This document shows, piece after piece, positions 1-14,408 of a DNA stretch of 64,000 nt. Origin of the DNA: Yuukianura sp. NJ FZ-2021 (lineage: Eukaryota); assembly GCA_046563655.1 (NCBI GenBank), contig CM102288.1, positions 6,448,001 through 6,512,000 of the forward strand, read 5' to 3'. Made by a program: the position numbers and the translations under genes. Positions within the stretch are counted from its first letter, which is position 1; every line of letters begins with the position of its first letter. Under the pieces are notes generated by a model that searched no databases, was not told the origin of the DNA, and saw nothing but the letters and a program-made list of their open reading frames with translations.

Positions 1-1903
1 TTCGCTACATTCACAAAGTTATACATCGTTCACTAATTTAAGTGTAATTTATGTAACTTATGTAATTTATGTAACTTGTGTAATTTATGGAATGATGTCA
101 CGTAGCTTACAATTTGAGTAGTCGAATGACGTCTTCCCTGGGCAGGACGCCGTGAAACCAGGGTTCTTGAGCCACTGCAGGGACCAAACTCCCTTTGGAA
201 CTGCCTGGAGCAGCCTTTCCTAAGCTAACATTCGTGGAACTGGAACAATTCGGTTTGTTGGATTCTAAGTTTCCGTCAAAGGACGCTGACTTTCTGCCCA
301 ATGTCGCCGCTTGTCTCAGAAAAGTTGCAAATCTCTGCTTTGGTTTCCTCAAAGAAAGTTCACTCCCCACAGAAAGAGAAGAAAGAGCATCCAGTTGAAC
401 AGAACTTCCGCCTTCCACAAGCGGTGTCAAAAACGATTTCAAGCTTCGGATACGATCAATGTCACACTTGAACACCAAAATGTCAAAGGCTTTGAGGTCT
501 TCCACTCTAAAATAAAACATAACATTACATAAATTACATAAACCCTTACATAAGTTACATAAATCCACGCTATTGAAGTTTCCCTCCACTCACAGTTCAT
601 GACCTTTGTATTTGTTTCTGTCGCTCTGCTTTTCTTTCAATTCCGCCTCGGCAGAGGTCAAACGCTTTCCAGCGTCTGTCAGTTTCTTGCGAAGGAATGC
701 AATTGTCCCCGGCTCCACAACGACGCTATTCTGTGCGACGGGCTGACTTGAAATTCGCGCCGGTTCGAATTTGAAATCCATCGGAACCAATGGCGGACTT
801 CTACAACACAAATCAAAAATGCAAAAAAAAATCCAAAAATGATAACTTTTTTTAAAGTTTGCTATGTACTTGTTCCGCTCCACCAAAGATTCAAATTCCT
901 TTTGAAATTCGAATTCTTTGAGTTTGAATCGAGCTTCCTTCGGAATAAGTACAGAGTTGTTGAGAATGTCGTCCAGAATGAGCTTCCACTGCTTGAGCTG
1001 CTTCTCGCACCAATTCTGCTCAATTTGAAGTAAACTTGGAAGCAGAATGGTGCGAAAGTCGCGGTCAAACATCTTCGCTTCTTGAATCAGCAGCAAGTAC
1101 TCTGCATGGCTTATGGTAAGCCGCGTTTTCATCCTCAAAAATTTATCACGCACTTCATCCGATTTCTTTCCGTTCTGATTTGGATGCACTGAAAAAAAAT
1201 AATAAAGAGTGTAAAAAAAGGAAGCGAAAGATGACAATTTCCTGGAGGTTATGTAAATAAGGCTTACATAAATTATGTAATTACATACAAATGTGTAATG
1301 ACATATAAACATTAGTTATCAAGAAATGACTTACCTTTTGAGCAGTGTTCTTCAAACTTGGTTCTGGAAGACTCATACATGTTGAACAGTTTGAAATACT
1401 CGGCTTTCTGCTTCCCAATGGAATCTACAAACTAAATTCCAGTCATTACTCATTCATTTCTCCCATGTTAGAAACATTTTTTAAAAAAGTGAGTGGCTGA
1501 CCTGGTTCAAAGTTCCGCGGATTCTACTGTACTCATCTTGTGCCGATTTGAGCAGAATCTTCTTCTGACTCACCAATTCATTTAGCTCTACTAAAGTATT
1601 CTCCTCCAGGATTCTCACACTTCTATTCCAGCCACTTGTCGCAGTCTCCATTTCTTGTAAAAGATGAATAGTTTCTTTGGAAATGACACTTTCCTCTAAT
1701 TCTGCAGTTGAAGTGACCACTTTAAGGGCTGAACTGGTCGCAGTCGTCATTCCACTTGAGTGGTTCTTCTCCAGTCGGATTTGGACAGTTAGCAACTTCT
1801 TCAGCGCTTCCAGCACCTTCACTTCACTTTCCAGCCGAAACATGATTGCTTTGTGTCCTCCTTCAGACTGCAAGCTCTGAGCAAAACTTAAATTGAAACT
1901 CAT
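1..1903 (-). CDS. FER: FER/FES (Fps85D-like) non-receptor tyrosine kinase, 5' part (F-BAR plus start of SH2); continues beyond the left edge
   Basis: N-terminal FAQSLQSEGGHKAI resembles the FCH start. Helical F-BAR exons (AEYLLLIQEA..FRTILLPSLL) and the SH2 start EPWFHGVLPREDV are present, separated by GT-AG introns. Confidence 0.8.
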
Positions 1904-3363
1904 TTTGAATTAGAGGAGAACAATTGATAAGATAAGACTTTCCAAATTGGTTATAAAAAGATGAGTAGCCAAAAGAGAAAGTAGACTCATTTGTTTATGC
2001 TTTCCGGTTTAAAAAAACACCGACTGAGCCAGTGTAAGACTGCATCCCATGTTCCAAGTGTAGTGTTTTTTAGTATCGGCGGGTGTGGTTGTAGGATACC
2101 CGGGTATTACTTCCTTAACACCGACCGGATTGGCACTGAAGACACTAAAAAGCAAAAAAAAAGTTTAAAAATAAATCGACCAGGAATGCGAGCCAAGAAG
2201 CAACTCGGCGTTAAAAAAATGTTTCGTTTTTCTCGCTGTTAATTACCTCGAGCGGAACTGACGTTCACCCAGCACAGCAGTACACATGTTCTTCCGGTTT
2301 TGTCCCGCTCCCGGGTATTTTGGAGTTCCAGGACTCCACTCCAGCAGTTGCCAGTTACCGTTCGGATTGTCACTAATCACGGACATAGGCCTACAACAAT
2401 GATTCAATTAGTGATTTTAGTTAATTGATAAAGAAAATGGCTGCCAAGGATTGTCGTAACAAATGGCGCGAAATGAAGAACAAAGAAAATCAAGTGCTAT
2501 TTAGGGTCTGACTAAATCTCTACATCGTCAGAATTTCCGTACTGCGTATTAGATTTATATTGGCTTAATTCAGCCTTCTGGCATAGACTGACATTTCTTC
2601 GTCTTGGGTTGAATTAAGCCAGAGGTAAAATTTTTGTTATCACACTGAGTAACCACCTTTACAATAATTGGAATCAATTACCAAATTAATAACAATGGCG
2701 TAAACTAAAAGAAACAACCCAAATCATAAATTGAATGTAACATCTTTGTGTAACTGTTTGCCGGTTTCAATAGAGTACAATTGAAGGTTGCAGTGATTAT
2801 ATGTTGAGTGTACTCCAACATCATATTAATATTTAGATGTCTCGGGTTAGCAAAAAGTTTAACTACTGTCATTGTAGTTTTTGCAGTGTAGCCACTTTTC
2901 ATCTAAAATCAATGGCTACAATATACGGCTACTTTTGTTGCCACTTTAGGTTGGATTTTTTAAATTTCAAAAGACTACAAATGATACCACTAAGTTTAGT
3001 CGTCTACAATGCTACAACAAGATGGTCGGAGTGACTACACTTTGAATGTAATTTTACTATAGTTAATCCTTACTGCACCCATATCGTGTAGTTCTACTTA
3101 TAAGACAATGGAATTTACGTATTCACTGGGGAATTAGTACACAGTTTTTGTTTGTTTTACGAACATCAGTACACTTTACACTGCGAAGTTAACTGAACCA
3201 GTAAGTACTAGACCACAAAATTGTCGAGAAAGTGGAGGGGCACTGCTAAACAAAGAAAATCTCGGCCACCTATCAATCAAACACCTTAAAATGACATAGA
3301 CATTCACTCTCGTCGGATAAACACAAGTTGGACACTGGTTCGCAGTACTTTTTAAGGTGAGTC

Positions 3364-3371
3364 TATCGATA
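3364..3371. promoter_or_regulatory. DRE motif TATCGATA upstream of RAB40
   Basis: Exact DREF-binding palindrome about 270 nt upstream of the ATG, near a putative 5'UTR exon. Confidence 0.4.
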
Positions 3372-3639
3372 GGACATAGAAAACAGTTGAGACAATTTCT
3401 ACCACGTTCCAATCCAGAATATAACGTTTTTATCGTTTTCAAGTATAACGTTTTCGTATCGTTTTCATACTTGTCCACTTTGTGTGACATTATCAAGGTC
3501 AGCTGTTGTTTAATATTGGAAGAACATAAACTAGAATTGGTTGGATTGGAGGAGTCTAAATGTAAAAGAAAATGAATGTAAATCAGAAATTTAACAGTGT
3601 CGTACTAATTACGTTTCTTTGATTAATTTGAATTTCAGG

Positions 3640-4732
<1,093 letters not shown>

Positions 4733-5461
4733 AGATTCCTCCTCCTCCGACTAAATACACCCCCTCTCCTCCTCCGGAATTTAAAAGAAGGCGGTTTTAC
4801 ACAAACGTTACTTGTAAGCCCTGAGTTTGACCCAACGTTGACCTTTAGCTTCGAAATGACCAATACCTCTATTTTTAAAATGAACTCATTTATTAGTTTG
4901 CTTTACGTAGTTATTAAGTCATTCAGTTTAAAACATTTGTCAAAACCAATTGCGTAAACAGATTATCCTAGACATAGCAAAATAAAACCGAACAATCGTT
5001 TTTAACTTTATAAAGTACTTGCATTATCTAACTTACATGATGTAGACGAAGTTTTCAGTGAATCACGGCCTATCGACTTTTTAAACTCATACAATTTTTA
5101 ACACAATTATATTATCGCAGCGAGTACTAAATTAGATCGGTCTACAAAAAAAAACTAACACAATCGTTTCTTAAACGTAAAAAAAACGTTTTTGAAAGGA
5201 AATTTTGGAAGGTGTTTTAGATAGTGACAGAATCTCTTTTGAAGGTCAAGGTCAACCTGACCGTGCTGTTTTCGTTCCGTGTTTTGCACCAAAAACGAAC
5301 ATGGATGCGGCAAGTTTAAAACGAGATTAAAAGTATTTTATTCGTAATACGTTGGAGTTTAGTTGAAACTGTGATTCGTAGTTGTGTTGAGTCAGTTGGA
5401 TGTAAAAGGTCATGGGTCACGTGCTGGGTCAAATGCAAAAGTAAACCAGAGTCCACACTTC

Positions 5462-6437
5462 TCATCTGAATTCGTAGATCTGAATGCTCTTCTCATGCAT
5501 ATGCGTCAGGTTTAGAGACTGGAACCTAAAACAACAACATTATTTACTGGGCAGTACTTTCCAGTACTTTGGCAGTATTTTCCAGTATGTTGGCTTACAT
5601 TTCTGAGGTTCTGTGGTAGTAGTATCCGTCAATAGAGGCATCTGCTTTGGTGAAACAAATGTAGTAGAACCCAGCAAAGGAGGCTCCAGTGATGTCCTTG
5701 ATTGTGTGGTCTGGAACCAGAAAGTGTTCCTTCCAGCGCATAAAAACGAAGTCTGACTTGCGAAGATCTTCAAAGTCAAAGGCATCGCTATTGAATGTCT
5801 TTGCATAGTGGAGTTGAAACGCTTTGAACTTGCTCCAGTGCTTCTTGTCCACTTCCTCATCAGCGTCCCACTTCCGAGTCAGGAACGGATGTTTCCTCCC
5901 GATTATTTCTCCATCGAAAAACGTTGTTAGCGTAGGGTACTCCTCCGTTAGCCCTTTGATCTTCAAGTACCCACAGACATAGCCGTTGTCCTCGTCCACA
6001 TTCTGAAACAAACACAAAGCCAGTCACAAACGTTTTTCTCTTAATGTCAAAGGTCAAACCTAACTCAAAACTTTTGGTACTAAATGGCAACTATTCCTCA
6101 TTTCATTCCGTTGTGACCTCCTTCCAAACTTTTCGCTGACTTTACATGAAACGAACGTTTTTCAATGTCTGTATGACCTGCATGACCTTGAACTATGCTA
6201 TGTATGACCTGGTTAAGCCAAGTAAACTTGATTCAGTAATAAAATGTCAGATTAATCGATTAATTGAGTTGTAAAGTGTGGGAGTACCTGTAGGATGACT
6301 TCTACGTCGTAGCAATTGCCTTTGGACTTTTGAGAGCCAGTGAACCTCGATCCATTGTATAATAGAGAAGGGATGACCCCTGGTTGCTTGGAGTTGGCAG
6401 GCGGAGGGGGCGATATAACAGAGGACTTGACAGGCAT
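5462..6437 (-). CDS. GID4: GID4/C17orf39, Pro/N-degron receptor of the GID/CTLH E3 ligase (3 coding exons)
   Basis: [72 protein letters not shown]-terminal YEFR*. Confidence 0.95.
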
Positions 6438-7369
6438 AGTCAGATCTGCACCTAGAAGTACCCCCAACCAGGAAACGATTAGCCAATACTTCAATTACTG
6501 CGTTGTTAATTGAATTGGAAAGATTAATGGTACTTACGACAAATGTAGAAGTGCTGTGCTGCTTAGCTAACAAATTCACACGATCCAAAGGTCAACTGAA
6601 AGTAATTGACCCAGCAAACAACGTTCCTTGTATAGGAAAATTTTCAAAGTACTTGTAATTTCAAAAGTTTCAAGGAGCTCAAGGACAGTCTGTGACACGC
6701 ACTCGCATTTGCGGCACAGTCGCAATAGAAATCGCAAATCAACTGCGTAAGTGCAATGACAGTGGGTGCCATTGGTCGTTTAGAAGAAACGTAATAATTA
6801 ATAAATTATTAATAACTATTAATAGTATTCATATTTATATTATTTATAATATGTTAATAATTAATAATACTAAACAATAATTTAAAACTATAGAGATTAG
6901 TATTTTGAGAGTAGTAATTAGTTACAGGAACAAGGAACGAGGAAGAGGAATTTTCCATTTTTAGTTGAAATTCCGCAGCATGTTGAGATAACAATAACCT
7001 CCGATGTCATTTCTCCAAAAACACAACTGGCACAGACTGCCATACAATTTCCACTAATCCTCGGAATTTGTGATATGTCTGCCCACTATTGCAATTCGCA
7101 TCGCAGCTCACGACGCAATTGAGCTAATCGTTATTATTCGTTTTATATGCATAAGCAACTGAAAGTAACTTGCAGTTACGGTTTAAAAATAACAAATTGA
7201 ATTTTATTGGTAATATTAGGAATCAAACCCACAAAGAAAGAGGGCAAGACGAAAAAATATAAGATGGGTTCCTCCACTGGTATGATTAATTTGCGATTAA
7301 GGTTGAAGGCGTGTTAGTTTAGTAATTGACCAGAGGAGTTAGAGGCCCTTAAGGAATTCTCTAAGGGCC

Positions 7370-9977
7370 TTAGAGAAGAGGCAAACGTTCAAGGCGTCCA
7401 TGCACTCTGAAGCGATAAATGCAAGTGAAGGCCACATTCCCATGGTTAGACAGGATCTTGAGCTCCACAAACGGAAACAAAGTGTCACTCTCATTCTGCA
7501 AAGAGAACAAAATGTTCAAGAAAGTTTACTCTTTTAGATTAAGTTAATTGCTCAAATTAAACCAACTTAACTAATGACAATAGTTTGTATTAGATTTGGA
7601 TTTACCTGAACGGGGTAATACTGCAGCGGCTGACCATTATCGAGGTACTCGTACGTTCCGAACACAAACTCATTCTCAACATCCGTGTAATCAAGGTGTC
7701 CCTGCAAAAAAAAAATCAATCCAACTTTCGTATTTCACCAAAAAATCGACCAATTCCACTCTCATAGTCAAAAATTTGACTTTTAGTCAAAAATTACTTT
7801 GACTTTTAGTCAAAATCAACACATCAAAGGAAAACTTACGACAACTTGAAACTTTCTGGGTGCACTTTCGATGTGTCCATGTGGTGACAGTACTTTTGGA
7901 AGATGCTCCATCGTGAATCCAGTCACAACACTTGGACCCACCAGTTTTATCACCACAAATCCCTCTACACCGTCAAACGACCAACAGTCACCAGGCATCG
8001 TCCCGCCCTATAATACATTTCAAAATTTTACAAAAACATTTTAAAAAGTCACGTTTTATTTTCAAAATCTACAATTTTTGAGTATTACCTGAATGACTTT
8101 GCGTGGACTGTTGCTAGGATACCAAATGGGGACGTTCCAGATGAGTAGTTGTGATCCGACATACGAAGATTTCTTGGTGCATCGTGTGCTGACGATAGCT
8201 CCTCCTCCAGATTCCAGTGCTAAATCTGCTCGTCCAGTTTTGTCTGCGTCGTACTGCGCAATTGCAGCACGAATCTTTCCATCCACATCAATGTCACCGA
8301 TAGCACCAGAAAATACTGAATGTTCCGAGTTGTATTGTACAATAGCTGCCAGAATTCGGGCATCGATGTCGGTATCGGAAAAAGAATCGGCACGAACTTT
8401 TCTATCGGCATCGTAGCGAGCAAAGGCAGCACGAATCCGTGCGTCCACTTCAGCATCAGTCACGAACTCCGTTTTACCGATTTTATCTGCGTCATATCTT
8501 GCAAAAGCAGCTTGAATCTTGGCGTCGACTTCCGAATTTGTTAGAATATCGGTTCGTACCGGTTTGTCAGCGTCGTACCGACTAAGGGCCGCTCGGATCA
8601 TCCGATCCACATCAACATCTGTCAGAGAATTAGGCAGTCCTGCTTTGTCAGCGTCGTATCTACTTAGAGCCGCCAAAATCCTTGCGTCCACATCAGCCTC
8701 CGTCAGAGAATCCGCTCGTTCAGCTTTTTCGGCATGAATTGCTGCTGTAATCTTCGCATCAATAATAGTTTCTGTCAATGGTTTCGGCAATTCTGCCTTT
8801 ACAGCATCAATTGCAGCTCGAATTTTTGCATCCACATCGCCTTCCGTCAGAGAATCTGTCAATTCAGCTTTTTGGGCAGCAATTGCTGCTCGAATCTTTG
8901 CATCTAGAGCAGCGTCGGTCAGAAAGTGAGACCGATCCGATTTGTGGGCAATGATTGCTGCGTAGATCTTGGCGTCAATGGCATCTTCTGTCAGGGAGTT
9001 CGCATGACCAACTTTGGCAGCGTTGACTGCTGCTCGAATCTTCGCATCCAGAGCAGCGTCGGTAAGAAGGTTTGACCAGTCAGGTTTAGCAGCATTGATT
9101 GCTGCTAGAATCTTCGCATCGAGATCGATACCGGAATCGGAATCAGACGGAAGCGGAACACTGAATTTCTGAGAATTCAATTCGCTTTCTTTGGCACTTA
9201 AAAACTTCGCAGAAGCAACGTCATGGACGACATCTGACTTGATCTCTCTCGGTAAGGCTTCGTTATTCACGGGTTGCTCTGCTGTCAGCTGATCTTGAGG
9301 ATTAGACAGCTCCTCTCCCATCAACAGCGAACCTAAAACAAAGTTATATCAAAAGTACTATAAAATACTACTAAAATGTACTATAAAATGGACTATGAAA
9401 TGTGAAACTTACCTAAAAAGTATAGGAGAACCGGAAGAGTGAGAACACAGACGAATCCTGCGACTGCTCTCCAGTTAGTTTTGCGTGTTGTACTGGGATA
9501 AGCTCCTTGTCTGACGAGTGCTCGCGAAGCAATTGGAGTCGCCTGACAATGATGGTGAGGTACAGTGGTTCTACTTCTGGATGTGACATTTAGCAACCAT
9601 TTTTCAAAAACGAATGACTGGACAATGGCCCAGTAGATCCAGACTAGGACACTGGAGAAGGCCCTTCTAAGTCCCCCTTGGACGTTGTTCCGACGAGGGG
9701 AGTTGACATGGTCGTCGTCGTCATCTGTCTCTGAGAAGTGGGACAGTCTGTGTCTGGCTACCGTTGTGCCTCTTAGGTGGATATCCGTGGAGTCGCTGTC
9801 ACTTCCAGAGGAGTAAGTGGCACTCAGTTGACCTTTTCCGTTGTTTAGAACTCTCCTGACATGACTTCTGGTTGTTCTCCGGTTGAATGTTGTTGTGTGT
9901 TCCCAGTTGCCCTCATGGGACTTCATCTGATGCAACTCCGTTGCCCCTCCTCCGTTTGGACTGTGACGAGACAGCAT
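7370..9977 (-). CDS. SUN-domain inner nuclear membrane protein (klaroid/SUN1/2-like) with an internal repeat array
   Basis: Two hydrophobic segments, DLALESGGGAIVSTRCT, NSPRKVIQ, PGDCWSFDG, FTMEHLPK..IESAPRKF, ELKILSNHGN..TCIYRFRVHG. Confidence 0.93.
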
Positions 9978-10741
9978 TTGGGTTAATTGATTACTCTCTT
10001 TGAACTAACTGTGATGAACATTTAGGTTAATCAAAGCAATTGAACACTGCAAAAGTTAAGACTTTCTAACACTTCAAAAATGAAAACAGTAATTTTACAA
10101 AGTTATTTTTACTTTTCGAGGCAAATGGTAAACATGAAAGAGCTATACTAATCAACTGAAAAGCGTTAACTTAAACTAATCCTCTGATTTATCACAAATT
10201 TTCTATTCTGCATTAAATTTAGAATTCTGGTTGAAGCACACCAGAGTTGCATCTGTTGTAATCGCAATATGTCACATGTAACCGCCGAAGAAGTATAGCC
10301 ATATTTGTAACCAGAGTGCTGACAACTGATGTGGTGCAATGTCTACGTCAACCCAATCGTTTTTTTCCTGTGTTTTCAGAGTTGTCAGAGATTTAGTGTC
10401 CCCTGCTTGGGCTGATACACTTGGAATTTCAAATGCAGTGGAGATTCATATGCCTCGTTGCTTTCATCGAGTTCGCACGTTTTCCTCCACATGTTACATT
10501 TCCCTTGCCTTGAGGTTGGGTTTAGTGAGCTGACGATTTGGAAACGTTTTCAGAATCATTTTATAACGTCCATCTGTGAGTCCTTGTCCACAGACGTGAG
10601 TTTGAGGTAATTTGAACAAAACCAATCAGGTTAACGTCAACCGCTCACGGTTAAAACTGGTGGAAAAACAAAGAAAAAAGGCAAGACTAATAATCGTTTA
10701 TTAATCGTTTCTGTTTTGCGCAGAGTTTTTTTCCGGTCGCG

Positions 10742-13700
10742 ATGGAGGTGAAGAAAGTGATGGCAGCTCTGGCAGACTGGGAGTCCGTGGATGTAAGAAA
10801 CAATATTTCTAGGTCAAAGAAAAACCGAAAACAGTTTAAGATTCTTAATTTTAATTAAACCGTTTTTAATTGATGAATTTAGGACTCGACGTTGCTGAAA
10901 CTCGTTCAGCAATTGCAGAAGAACTCAGAGTCCATCGACGAAAAGTTCAACCCCCTCATTCAGCAAATTCTTGTACGTTTTGGTTTTACTCACGTCAACG
11001 AAACGTTTTACACACGACAAAGACACGTTTTTTAGTGAAAACTGATTGTAATTGTTATTTTCCTTTCAGTTGGGGAACTGGTACCTGCGATCAGATGGAG
11101 TGATACGGCAAGTAGAACGTTTCATATCTGAACTGATCGTACTTCGACCCGCTTTCGCTGGAACTGCAATTTTCAGTTTCGTCTCCAAGTTCTGTCTATC
11201 TGATAAGAACATTTCGACGAATTCTGTGAGTGTAGACTCCATTTCTCCTACTGAACAAAAAGTATTCGGCATTTGTCACAGGAACCTTAAGAGGATATTC
11301 GCCTCCTTTCCGAAGTAAGCAGCCACTCCAGTTTTATCAACTCCAATTACAAAAATTTATGAAAAGTTTCAGTTTTTTTGAAGAAAATTATGAAAAAAAA
11401 AGTTCAAATACTATGATTGGACACTTCTTAACGAAATTGTTTATATTTTTAGGAAGGAGGAGAACGGCGTTAAATCGTTATCACACGCTTACCCTTACAT
11501 GGGTAAAAGTCCGCATATCCACTACTGCTACGTCCACAATCTCCTTAGGTGTATAGACTATCTACCCCAAGGCAGAGGGCAAATCATACAAGTTCTCATT
11601 CACAAGTAACTAACTAAAATTACCTAAATAGGGTCTGACTAATCCTCTGAATTAAGAGGATTCCGAAAGGAAATTCAGATTCAGATGGTCTGATGGTTGC
11701 AAAAAAAAATCTGAGGATTCAGTTGATTAGTCAGGCCCAACTAAATATAAGTAACTGATGATTATAATTAACTATATTATAATCAGGGTTCGAAGGCTGT
11801 AACTTACGTCCTGTAACTTACGTACGTAAGTTACGTAATTTTCAGAGGGGTTGTTTGTAATTTTCGAAATTTTCATTCTTTTGAATTTTACGCGGGAGGG
11901 AGACAGCGTAGGAGTCAGGGGAGCGGGAGAAGTCCAAAATAACAAAAGAGCAGTGATTTAGATGATTATTTTTTCGGTTTTTTCTCGAGCAGACTGCTCG
12001 AGAAATACCAGGATATTCTTCGAGCAGTCTGTTCGAGAAATACCAGGATAATTCTCGAGCAGTCTGCTCGAGGAATACCAGGATATTTTTCGAGCAGTCT
12101 GCTCGAAAAATACCAGGATATTCTTGGAGCAGTCTGCTCGAAAAATACCAGGATAATTCTCGAGCAGTCTGCTCGAGAAATACCAGGATATTCTTCGAGC
12201 AGTCTGCTCGGGAAATACCAGAATATTCTTCGAGCAGTCTGCTCGAGAAATACCAGGATATTCTTCGAGCAGTCTGCTCGAGAAATAGTTTAGGTTAGGT
12301 TAGGTGAGGTTAGGATTGGTTAGGCTAGGTTAGGTTAGGAAATTTGAAAAAAATCGGTGGTAGTACACGATAGTAAAATTATTCCACATATTTTTACTTC
12401 TAAATATTTTTTAAGATTCAGAAACAAACATATTTTCGAAAAAAAAATTAAGTTAGTGTTGCATGAATAATAACTTCAGAAACAATAAGTTACTTTAAAC
12501 TAACTAAGAAATATTTACTCTTTTAAACTGATCGGTAAAGTTTGAGTGGGAGGTGGAACATGCCGACATGCGACACCAAAAAAAGGACGGTGTAAGAGGT
12601 GATGAGATTGGAGTAATCATAAGCGAGCCTGAGGAAGAGTTAGATGTGATGGCAATGGAATAATTAGTGTTATGTTTCTCGAACTATTTGTGTTAATTGC
12701 GTTAAGTGTGTTAGTTTAGTCTTAAAAATAAAATAGTAGTAAATATTGTCTACCGCAGTATATTTCTATCATGCCTTGGTTTGATTTTTAACGCAATTAG
12801 ATAGTAGATATTAATAGTTTATGGTTTGGGGATGGGAGTGGGATGCAGGCGGCTTGTTTTGAAAATTACAATCTTACGTAGATTACGTAAGTTACGATAA
12901 TTACGTAAGTTACGTAGTTTTCGGCAAAAATACCGTAATTTTCGAACCCTGATTATAATTAACTATAACTTTAACCTTAACATGTTCTGTTTTGTAGATT
13001 GGCGCGGATCGATGTGAACATTCCGCGAGACGACATTGTCGCCGCCTGCTCTTCCTCTCCCGGAAGTGACGACGACATTTTCGACATGAACCTGGATTCT
13101 GAAGTACCCCCTAATCCCTTGATTGACACTTTGGATCTGTGTCTTAACATGCTTTTTGACTACGTGGACAGAGCGAGTCGTCGGGTAAAAACGGAAGAAG
13201 AGGAAGACGATGGGAGATGGTGGGACAGTGAAGCTGGGTGGGACCAGTTCACAGACTGGATGCTGGACACTTTCGAGACAGAGATCCTGCCCTCATTTGG
13301 ACTCAACAATGTTCCTTTCCTCTACTTCTATCTTTGCTCCCTCCATCCTCCTTTTCTGTCCAGATTCATGGACTTCCTCTGGACCAAAGCCACGAATGTC
13401 AACACTTCGCATGTCATCAGGATCCAAGCCATGGCCTACTTGTCAGGAATCCTCGCCAGAGCCACCTTCGTCTCTATCAAGTAATCCATTAATCATTAAT
13501 TCGCATCAAGTAATCGACTAATCACTACTTAAGTGATTTTATACCTAGCTTTGTTTTGCAGAGTGGTGAAAAGCTGGTTGACGAGGATGTGTGACTGGAG
13601 TAACCACTATGCCAGTCAACGGTCCAAAACTGTCCATTGGTCATGTGTCAACGTTCAAATGCATGGTCCATTCTACGCCGTTTGCCAAGCCGTTCTCTAC

Positions 13701-14278
13701 GTCTTTGCTTTCAGAAACAAGGAACTCATCACCAGCCGAAAGTGTAAGCGTTTTTAAAAAAAAATGAAATTTTGAATTCCGAGTTTTCAAAAATCTTACC
13801 AATTGTTTTAGGTGGTGCATTTACAAGGTCTCTTGACCTGGGACGCCTCCTGACCTGCGAATTGAATCCACTGAAGGCCTGTCAGAAGGAAATTGCGTTG
13901 ACTTTTGTCGACGCAGCGCACCACCACCAAATCTCGTACTGCGGGACAGTTATGGAGCGTAACGCAGTGGTCAAGATCCCCACCGTGTCACAGACTTCAG
14001 TCCAATCACAATCTGCTGAGCCCTTGGCCTCTGCCCAGCTCGAGGCCTTCTTCCCCTTTGACCCTCTCCTTCTTCCCCGCTGCAGGGAGTGGGTTCAAGG
14101 GATCCACTTGGCCTACGAACCCTACGAGGGCGAAGGGCCCTCCACACGGAGACTTAAGGCCCCTGTGGACGAGGATTCCATCGAAATGGAGCTCGGCAGC
14201 TTCTCAGAGTACGACAGAAGTGGGAGGAGCCTGCGATCGCAACTGAAACAGAGCGTGGATATGGGCCTAATGGACTGA
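10742..14278 (+). CDS. RRN3: RNA polymerase I initiation factor RRN3/TIF-IA (multi-exon; start approximate)
   Basis: RIDVNIPRDDI, FETEILP..VPFLYFYLCS, AMAYLSGILARATFV, HGPFYAVCQAVLYVFAFR, LNPLKAC, LEAFFPFDP. Confidence 0.93.
11631..11738. mobile_element. Small MITE-like element in an RRN3 intron
   Basis: Terminal inverted repeats GGGTCTGACTAATC / GATTAGTCAGGCCC (13/14 match). Related half-sites occur near 2503 and 18300. No clear TSD. Confidence 0.5.
11984..12287. repeat. 35-bp tandem repeat, about 9 copies, with palindromic core CTCGAGCAG-T-CTGCTCGAG
   Basis: Unit TCGAGCAGTCTGCTCGAGAAATACCAGGATATTCT read directly; no unique spacers. Confidence 0.95.
12290..12339 (+). repeat. Degenerate (TTAGG)n arthropod-telomere-like tract
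   Basis: ttaggttaggttaggtgaggttaggattggttaggctaggttaggttagg. Confidence 0.85.
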
Positions 14279-14408
14279 CAAGCGGAATAAACTTTCGGAT
14301 TTTTAACTTGTTTTATATTGATTATATTTATTTAACATAGATATAATATTTAATTAACATATGTATAATATTTAGTTGGCATATGCATTTAAATGTAGCT
14401 GAAATGTG

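Larger units (their letters stand above)
11784..12951. mobile_element. Non-autonomous hAT-type element in an RRN3 intron
   Basis: 11-bp TIR CAGGGTTCGAA/TTCGAACCCTG, 8-bp TSD ATTATAAT on both sides, subterminal GTAACTTACGT/ACGTAAGTTAC repeats, no ORF. Confidence 0.85.

Noticed and set aside
11984..12287. CRISPR-like array of 35-bp palindromic repeats
   Set aside because: The inter-palindrome segments are near-identical rather than unique spacers, there are no cas genes, and it lies in a MITE within a eukaryotic intron.
12290..12339. True telomere or chromosome fusion point
   Set aside because: Short, degenerate, single-orientation tract inside a TE in an intron.
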